Shown here piece by piece: positions 54,926 to 64,000 of a stretch of DNA of 64,000 nt. Position 1 is the first letter of the stretch; each line of letters starts with the position of its first letter. This DNA is from Microbotryum violaceum (Eukaryota), in contig CDLV01000006.1 of NCBI GenBank assembly GCA_001244265.2, forward strand, positions 186,001 through 250,000. Direction: 5' to 3'. Position numbers and translations under genes: made by a program. A model generated the notes under the pieces. The model ran no database searches. It was given only the letters and a program-made list of their open reading frames with translations, and had not been told where the DNA came from.

Positions 54926-57900
54926 TCATACACCTCCACCACTCCTGGCCGAGTTCTTACCCTCGTACGTCAAGCCGTTCTTCGAGCCGTCGTCGTTGGG
55001 ATTCTCGGCGACCTTGGCGACGATATCGGTGAATGCGTTCGTCAACGAAAGCTCCTTCACTCCAGCTGCCATGTCGAGGAATCTGATGGGAGCGAGAAGA
55101 AGTGAAGCGCGTCAGCACACTGTTCCAAGTGTGACCCCAGAGTGTTTCAGGTGAGGAACTCACTCTTCAAGCGTGATCTTGCCATCTCGGTTACCGTCGA
55201 CCTCTCGAATGATGTTGGACACGGTTTCCTAGAGAGGGCCAACACCAACAACGATGAGCGCCACGCCGGCGCTAGCGGAATGTAGGCTGGTGACGTACCT
55301 TGGACACGTTGGCGAATCCAAGACGCCTCATTGTCCGACTGAGATCTTTGTAGTTGATCTTGCCATCCTTGTCGACTGATATACCAATTCCACAAGTGCA
55401 TCAGTATCGACCTCCACCTTCAAAAGCTGAACCTAGGCCCTCTCAAACTCACAGTCCATCTCATTGAACTTGCTCTTGAGCTGCGACAGTTCCTGCGCCG
55501 AAAACACGGTCCTGGCCAACACCTCATCCTCAATCTCGACCCTCTCCTTATGCTTACCCTGCCTCACATCGTTCAAGGTCAACTTGTTCAACCTCTCCTG
55601 CTTTAACCCCATCGAGTGCAGGAAAGTCGCCGCGTCCTTGAACTGTTGGTTCTGTTGCGCTTTGGACCACCCCAGTTCCTTGGCCATGATATCAATCACG
55701 GTCGGTAGGGCCTCGAGTGCGGCTTCGGCATTGAGAAAGGAGAGACGTGTTCTTCGAGCGATGACGTCGACGGCGGTGGCGGCGTATTCTCTTCGACAGG
55801 CCCATGTCACTTCGGCTTCGATGTAGGGGTACACGGGGTCGAGGCGCTTTCCGTGCACGGGCCAACGTAAGCCGGTTGGTTCGGCCATGGAGCATACCGC
55901 CCAGGCTCGATCCCCGTAGGTGTCTGTAAGGTGTTTGGCCACATCGCTCTGATCGGGGCGAGCACAGCTTCTGTCAGAATCGGTTCCACACACCCCACTT
56001 TGGCTCTAAGACCCTCAACTCACCTCGAGCCCGAATTGCTGAATCAACTTGATGAACATCATCTTGCTCCACCCATGGCTGCCCAACAGCCTCAACTTGG
56101 TCGTCACGCATCCCCTCATCGGCTGTAACCCATACTCCTGAATGGCCCTGTCGACGGTCTCCTCCGCCATCGCGCGGTAAGTCGTCCATTTCCCTCCTGC
56201 GATCGTGAGCAGTCCAGAGGAGGAGACGTTGATCATATGGTTGCGCACGAGGGATTGGGTATCCTTCGCATCCGGGTCGGATACCAGAGGTCTCAGGCCC
56301 GACCAAGCCGAAAGAACATCGCCTCGACGAACTCGGATATCAGGCGAAAGGTAGTTGCGCACCTCGTTGAGAATCCACTCGATCTCCTCCTCCTTAGGGA
56401 CAGGATGTTGCTCAACCGCAGCAGGCGAATCAGTCGTGCCTGCGATCGTGTTGCCTTGCCAAGGCAAGAAGAAGATAACGCGACCGTCCGAGGTAGCAGG
56501 ATCGAGCAACCCGATCTTGGCCGGGGCGTAGTAATTGGGCAAAGTGATGTGGACACCCGAGGCGGGGGAAACGATGGGCTGGACGGAGGGTTCGTCCATC
56601 TGTCGGAGACCATCGGTGAAAGGTCCCGTGGCATTGATCACGCCCTGAGGACCGAATCAAGCACTTTCAGCCGTCGTTGTTTAGTAATTGCAGTGAATTG
56701 AATTAGACGCCTCACCTTGGCTTTCGTCTCCCACTTCTTGCCCGTCAACACATCCCTCATCTTGGCTCCCTTGATTTGTCCATTCTGATCCTTGATCAAC
56801 TCGGTCACTTCGACATGATTTGCCGCCACGGCACCGTACTGCACGGCGGTCATGATCAAAGCCATGTTCATCCTCGAATCGTTGTGTTGACCTGTCCGAG
56901 GAAGCGATAGCTTACCAAAGTCTCAGCGAATTGTCTTCAGGCCATTCGTCGGGGTCATCACACTGGCTCACCATCATAGTAGACGACGGCGCCGACCAAC
57001 CCATCGGCTTTGAGCATCGGGAAGGCCTCAAGTGCTTTGCCCTTGCCGAGCAAATAACTCGATTCCATGTTCGCGGATCCGGCGAGGATGTCGTACATCT
57101 TGGTTCCGCTGTGTTGATTCAAGTATATGCACGACGTGATTAGTTCCCGACTCGTCATGACGGCTACGACTCGTAGACTTACGCAAAATAGTACGGGACC
57201 TGCCAATATCTGAGGGAGGAGAGCCGCACAGGTCAGTCAGACTCAATTCCGATTCCAGACCAATAAAGAGCAACTCACTTGTAGATCGGCAACATGATCG
57301 GCAACGGGTGACTGAGGTAAGGTGCGGTGTACAAGAAGGTCTTGCGTTCGTGCAAGGCCTCCCTGACGAGCTTGTACTGCTCGTAATCGAGTTCAAAGAC
57401 GGCTTTTTGCAAGTACCTCACACCACCATGAACAAGCTTGGTCGATTTCGAGGAGGTGCCTATGAAAGTAGAGTAGAGTGAGAGATGAAGGGAAAGAAAA
57501 AGGGATCGGAGCTGGGGGGACGTACCCGAACTGAAATCGTCTCGTTCGACCAAAGCGACCCTCAACCCACGACTGGCCGCATCCAAAGCGACACCAGCGC
57601 CCGTTGCACCACCTCCGACGACAAGCAAGTCGAATTCGCCATCCTCATGATCGGTCTGACCGGGTGCACTCGTCGCTTCGAAAGTGGGCTCCGAGTCGTG
57701 TGGCGACGAACTCAGCGCCGACGAAGCTGAGGAAAGGGCCTTGTCCCAGACGTTTCGCAGTCCAAAGAGGTCCGAAGTCGAAGAAGCAAGGGCAGCCTTG
57801 GATCCTGCGCCAAGAGCCTTGAGCATCTCGGCACGAGTAGGAGGCGTCCAAGTCGACGAAGGTCTCCCCGCAGCGACTTCGACCGAATTGAGTTCACTCG

Positions 57901-58117
57901 ACGAGGACGAGTCCATACGCAGTGCCCTGCCCTGGCGGTACAGCGACTGCGGATCGGAAGGGAGCAAAGCATCCTCCGAGGCGTGGGATCCGTATTGGGA
58001 CGAGTAGAGGGTGTACCCGAGGCCGGTGGTGGTGGTCAATCCGGCGGCGTAGAGCCACGTTCTCCTCCTTGTAGCGCTCGCCGTCGCACGCCCGCGCGAG
58101 AAGAGTCGCGAGGCCAT
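54926..58117 (-). CDS. GUT2: Mitochondrial FAD-dependent glycerol-3-phosphate dehydrogenase with C-terminal EF-hands
   Basis: DLLVVGGGATGAG, GTSSKSTKLVHGGVRYL, INATGPFTD, IAGGKWTTYR, DVIARRTRLSF. Downstream exons read DKDGKINYKD and EVDGNRDGKITLEEF, ending RSGGGV*. Confidence 0.93.
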
Positions 58118-59039
58118 GGTGGTGGTGGTGGTGTTGAGAGGTAGTGTGGGGTTCTACTAGTCTGCAGGGATCGTTTGGCCGAGTCAGCCTGACTTGATTG
58201 ACGCGAACGATGAGCCCCGGGAGTGCCGAGATCTGTCGAACCAGCCAAGCGACGGCGGCTCGGCTTCTCGCGATGACGATTCCGAGATGCGGCTCGCTCA
58301 GACCGACCAAGCTTGTCGCAGCCACGCGTTCTTTCGGCGGACCAAGTTCATTCCCGAAGCAGGACCACTGACCTTTCAGAACCAACAACCTTGTTCGTGT
58401 CCTGCTGGTGTGGAAGGTGCGTAGCTCCGAGTCGGGTCGTTCGGGAAAGGTCAAAAGAGTGCGAAAGGATGAAAAGCCGGCCGCGCGCCGATGCCGCCGA
58501 CCACGAGCTCGCTCGGTGCCGAAACGTCGTCGCTTGCAGTCGATCGTGACTTCTCTCGGTCGAGCGCAAGAGATATTTGCAAGCCGACTCGGACTCGGAG
58601 ATGACCGAGGGGGAAGTTGGGGGTTGGAGGGAGAACCAAGGGTGGGCTTCAGTACTGCAACTATACACCGGCGGGTTCAAGTTCGGACGCGGTCCGTCAC
58701 GCCGCCGCGCCGGCATACGGCCCGTCGACCGGCCGGGCACGGCGCCATCATCGACTTGGCGCGCGGGGTAGGGCGAGTTGCTTCATGGAATGAAAGGTGG
58801 AAGGCTGCGTTACTAGTCTAGCCTGCAAGGTAAGACGCTCACAAATCAAAGATCAAACGCAAAATTGGACTCGACGCTATCTCGAAAACACAGGCTCATA
58901 AATCGCCTCACCCCCGGGCGAAAACGCAGTTCCAAAGATTCCAAACCGAGCTTTGATACAGCAACTGAACAACAAAGATCGTCCAAAAAAAGGCGAGGGA
59001 GCTACGTGTATGTTTCATGATGTGTTTATGTCCTGAACC

Positions 59040-60857
59040 TCAATCGTCCTCCTCTGTGGCAACCCCACCCAGCCTACTCCTAACGCGACTCGAACTGGTC
59101 TCCGTCGCCGTTGTTGCACTGGTCGCCGCGAGGGAAGGACCGAAACTGGTGCCCGTCGCTCGGGTGGTTTCACTCTAAAGCCGTGAAAGAGCTAGGTCAG
59201 CCGACGAAGCCGGGTCGGAGAGCTCAGAGCGAGTCAGCGAAGACTCACCCCGCCGAGCGTAACCATATCGTCCCCCTCCTCACTCTTGGTTCCTTGTCCC
59301 ACCTCCCCTCCTCCCACCCTGGCCCCAACCTGGCTAGCACTCTCCAACCCATCCTCGGTCCCACTGCCAAAGCTCTCCTCTTCGTCCCTCTGACTCGAGC
59401 CCGAAATATCGACCATCCCCACCCTCCTCGCCGTGCCGAAGCGACTCGATCGATCGCCCTCGTCTTCTCCCTCACCATACGAGGTGCCGTTCCCGCTCCC
59501 GCTAGGGGTAAGACTCACCGTCGCACTAGGTGTTATGGAGCCATCGTCCGTCGCCGCCATCAGATCCTCCTCATCGTCGTGCTCGTGCTTGATTCCTACT
59601 TTACTATCCTCCTCGGTCGTGTCGTACAACCTCGACGCGGGACTTGGAGGTGGGGGTGGCCTCTTGCCTCCGATCGAAATAGTCGACTTGGATGGATCCT
59701 TGGAGATGACGAATCCGATCCAGACGAGGAACGCGATCGAGAGCTCGACAAAAAGAAAGAGCGGGAAGAAGGTGAGGAACGAGAGGTAGGAGTGGTAGTG
59801 CAGGAGGTAGCTGCGTATGCAAATTCAAGTCAAAGTTCAGCGATAGGTCAGGATTGACTTGGACTTCAGTCGTATGGGACTCACCTCAATCCGGTCAGAT
59901 GGGCTTGCAGACCCAGCCAGCTCTCGTAGACGTGCAGCTCGCCCTCGGGGTCCCACTTGGCTTCTTGCCCGAAATTGGTACGACACTCGCCCTTTTGAAG
60001 ATGAGCATCCCTCCTTCCAACCTCGATTGCGACGGTTCGGAAGGTGGATCGATGAGGGCGAAGGGCCGAATGGGATACAAGAGGCACGATGACGCGTTCG
60101 GTCTCGAGCGGCTGAAATTTCTTGTGACTTTTCGATTCCTCGGAGATGCCGCGACGGAGTATCCAGGCAAAGGGGTTGGGGATCAAGTAGATGGCCCATT
60201 TGAAGGGCTTGAAAAGGAGCGAGGTCGAAGGTTCGGGCAGGGGTACGTGGGGCAGCGGGGTGGAGAAGAAGGACGGATCGGGTTGTCGGAGCGAGGCCTG
60301 CCGGATCGAACTCGAGTGGTCAGTTTCGGTGAACGAGTTGGGGGGTTTCCAGATAGCGTGGGACTAACCGGTCTGGAGACGTTTATCAATGTCGCTCCAT
60401 CTTGAGCGCGTAGTTCGAGCGAGACCATAAAATTGCCGATAGCGAGGTTCCTCGGGGTCAAGGGCACGACCAGTTCGAGCTGCACATCGTAAGGCTGATT
60501 GGATTGATCGTACTTGCCGGGGGGAAGTTGGATCGAGGCGTACGGGGTCCTGTAGTGGCCGTACTGTAGATCTACACGGTGTCGTCCTCCGAGATCCTTG
60601 ACGCGCACGGTCTGGTAGAAGGTGATGTAGGCTCCCACGGCGAGCACGAGCGCGAGCACGAGCGCGGTAACGAGCGCGGTACCGAACTGGAGGGACCTGA
60701 GCAGCAGCGACGAGGCGGAGGTGAGGTGTAGCTCATGTTGCTGCTGGGGGTCACGGCGACGTTTCTGTACCGGGTTGAAGTATGTCTGTGTGCGCGCAAG
60801 GTGCGAGGGTGGGAATGTGTCGCCGGGCAGAGTTGGGCAGAAGCGTGTACGGATCAT
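59040..60857 (-). CDS. Seipin (lipid droplet biogenesis; Fld1/BSCL2 family)
   Basis: TM helix, then VDLQYG, QPYDVQLELVVP..NLAIGNFMVSL and ELHVYESWL; second TM helix and acidic tail. Confidence 0.82.
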
Positions 60858-61350
60858 GTGGCGGTTGCGATGAGGTCACCGGCGATGGAGGTCAGCGCGC
60901 CGTGACGGGAGCCGACCAACGGGAGCCGACCAACGGAAGGAGGTGATTGACCGGAAAGGAGAAGCGAGGTACAAGTCAGTCAGCATCATCCAAGCCGAGA
61001 TCGAGATCGATTTTTCTTAATGGCCTACATTTGACATGGCGCCCCGCTCGAACACGATCGTCGACTCGGAGGGAGTGCAAGAGCGAGGCCGGTTGTCGGT
61101 TGAGGAGAGGTGACGAGGCGCGGTCGGGAGTAACCTAGTAACCAGCGGCAAGCAAGCGCACACGCGATCTCATGCGATCGTTCTTCTCACGTGCCTGCTC
61201 TGGCCGTCTCGACTCTATGGAAGCCAATTTCTCGATTACTAATCCAGCAGGGGTGCGTGTGCGCGCGCGTGATTTTGAATTTAATTTTTGACGCGTTGAG
61301 CCACGACGCGCCACGCTGCCCGTTCTCGCATCACCACGCCGGCGCCACCG

Positions 61351-64000
61351 ATGACAACGACGGCTTTGACCGCGCAGGATGACCACGAACACGACCACGA
61401 ACACGACCACGAACACGACCACGAACACGCTCATCCCAACGAAGAGGACCAGTTCAAGGTCGTAGATACAGCTTCGCAGGTCGATCGGCATGTGCAGCAG
61501 CTCAAGACACTCTCGAAGCAGCTGCTGCTCGATGAGAATCCCCCCACTCCCGCTCGTGGTCGCCGCGAATGCATCGACCACATCGCCACGATCGTGAGCG
61601 AGCCAGTGCCTTGCTCCAACCCTTTTTGCTTTTGACTGAGCCACTCTTTCCCTCGCAGCTCGAAGAGTACCAACTCGAACCGTTCCTACTCGATGCCCAT
61701 CTCGTGGCGATCCTCGCGCCTTACCTCGACCACCTGTGCGAGGTCGTGCTTTCCGGCTCGAACAAGCGTGATCTCACCTCAATCGGATCGACCTGCCATG
61801 TGCTCTACCTCTTCGCCAAGCTCAGAGGACCAAAGGCCATCGGTGGGTCATTGGGTTGGCTTGAACAGCGGCGCCAGGCGGCTCGTCGTTCCTCTTTCCT
61901 AATTTTCCCCCCACATCCCCCACCGTGGACCGCGGATGCTGACCCATACTTTTTTGCGTTCTCTCCACAACTACGCAAACCAAACAACACCCTAGTCCCC
62001 TTGTTCCCACCAACTCCTCAAGCCTTGTCCTCCCTTCTTAGTCTACTCGATCCCCTGTCCAAAGACCTCGGAACAAAACCCATCTCCACCGCCTCCCCAT
62101 CGAACGACCCCGCTAGCGAACCCGTCCCGCTCGCCTGGACGACTTGCTACGTCCTCCTCCTATGGCTGTCCGTATCGACACGGCTTCCCTTCCCTCTTCC
62201 TACACGTACGAGTGACTCCATCAAGGCGATAGGGCTGCGCTACCTCCAAGTGGGCAAGGGCAAGGAGAAGGAAGGCGGTCGACTTGTGCTTCGGGCTTGG
62301 TATACGAGGTCAGTGCCCAGTCCGATCTAGTCCAGACGGGATCGGAGACTCACGCCCGATCAAAAACAACAGAAAGGATGCACCGATAGAAGAACTCGTC
62401 ACGCTGACGACTGAAACACTCGAGAAACCAAGTACCGAACTGCTCTTGGTCGGTCCCCCTTAGCAATAACTCGGACTGATCCTCTTCTGAAGCGTCGACT
62501 CATCACTTGTTAGCTGGACTTTACAGGCCTCCTCGATCCTCTCTTCTCTCCTCGAGATCCTCAAACAACCGTCCATGAAGCAAAATTCAGTCCTACTCTC
62601 GCCGAACAACCGATCACGCCTTTACGCCCTCGTCCAACTATGTCGAGCGTTCGGTAATAAGAGGGACGAATTGAGAAAGGAGCGCGTCAAGTTGATGGGT
62701 CGGCTCGTGGTGCTTGAATTGAGCTCCTCCGCGCAGAACGGTGAGGAGAGCGAGGGACAGGACGACACTGAAGAAATTATCGGGGACTTGATGCAGACAC
62801 TGGAGAACAAGGTCAGTGTCGGGATCGGATCTAAGCCTTGCCTGCGAGGAAGGGTCTGCGGCTGATGTGCTGCCTCGAGCGCCGCGCAGCAATCAAATCT
62901 GCGCTACTCCGCCGCCAAATACCTCGCACGCATATGCGGTCTCTTATCCAGCCGAATCTCTTCCGAAATACTCGACTCCATTCTAGACCAATTCGAGCAG
63001 TGCTTGCGCCACGACCAAGATCCCGATCAAGTTGAAGCTCGCTTGCAGGGATCGCTCTTGACGTTTGCGGAGATGGGGAGACGAGGCGTTTTTGGGATGT
63101 TAGCGGAAGCCACGTCGGAAGTGGCGCTGGAGGTTCGATTGATGATACAGCGGATCCTGAGGGGTGTTATACGGGTATGTTTTGTATTCTCGAGACGGGG
63201 AGATACGTTGCAGAGCACTGATCGCACCGATGTGGTCATTTCGCTCTAGTGCCTCACCTTCGACCACCTATCCTCGAAACGATCCTTCGGCACCCAAGTA
63301 AGAGACTCAGCGTCCTACGTCGTCTGGTCACTTGCAAGGTCCTTGGATCCCCGATTGATCGATATTGAATTGGGTCAGCAACTGGGTAAAGTGCTGGTTT
63401 GCGTGGCCTTGTTCGATAAAGAGGTGGGGGTTAGGAGGGCGAGTAGTGCGGCGTTCCAAGAAGGTGTTGGGAGATGGGTTAGTTCTTCGCTCCACCTTGC
63501 GGATTCTTAATCTGTTCAGAGCTGATTTTTTCCCATGACAACCAAGCAGAGTATCTTTGTCGATGGCATCGACATCTTGAGAAAGATCGACTTCTTCACC
63601 ATCTCGGTCCGAAGGCGCGCATTTACCGAGGCGGCACCTCTAGTTGCAGAGTGAGTGCGCTCACGTTTTGGACGAGTTTCCCAGTGAAATTACATAGGCT
63701 GATGAGAAATACGCCTCTTCTACTGCAGAAACCCCGCCTATCGCTCCGCGTTGATTGATCATCTGATGGCGCACTCGTTCCCTCACTACGAATTTGGTTT
63801 GCAATCCCTTGCTTCTCAAGCTCTCAAGGCGATCATCTCGATCGACGCAAGGGAGTTGGCCCCTCCGCTCCTTACGGCACAAGTCAGTCTTCTCGACGTA
63901 TCCGATAGGTCACCGTACCTTTGGCGTTGCTTAAAGCTTATCCGACGGACACGAACAGATCGAAAGGCTAGGCAAGACCAAAGACCCAGCCAAGTTGCAT
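61351..64000 (+). CDS. TBCD: Tubulin-folding cofactor D, 5' part (runs off the window)
   Basis: EYQLEPFLLDAHL, LFAKLRGPKAI, YVLLLWLS, GTQVRDSASYVVWSLAR, VALFDKEVGVRRASSAAFQEGVGR. Confidence 0.88.
61381..61428 (+). repeat. 12-bp coding minisatellite GACCACGAACAC x4 encoding (DHEH)4
   Basis: Directly visible at the start of the TBCD ORF. Confidence 0.9.

Overview
Eukaryotic, intron-rich DNA of a basidiomycete fungus (gene style suggests a Pucciniomycotina/Microbotryomycetes yeast; this is inference). Host genes: 3' end of a histidine acid phosphatase/phytase, a divergent HSF-type transcription factor, alpha-actinin, a small secreted protein, a membrane protein, a mitochondrial carrier, NOP53, GCN1, TVP23, an RluA-family pseudouridine synthase, RAD3/XPD, EF-hand-bearing mitochondrial G3P dehydrogenase, seipin, and the 5' part of tubulin cofactor D. 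There are three transposon areas. (1) About 1.9-7.1 kb: a spliced, probably CACTA/Plavaka-like transposase gene with a premature stop. (2) About 13.9-27.1 kb: a nested island with a Ulp1 relic, a deleted Helitron, and an RNase H-bearing LINE. The LINE is interrupted by a 311-bp TG..CA element that carries a tRNA-like Pol III cassette (5-bp TSD) and by a young, defective Copia element with an internal inverted gag duplication. (3) About 44.5-48.1 kb: a LINE 3' end abutting a second deleted Helitron that holds a solo LTR. The most notable item is the tRNA-carrying LTR-like insertion at 21497-21807. Gene spans include introns, and exon boundaries were read by eye.
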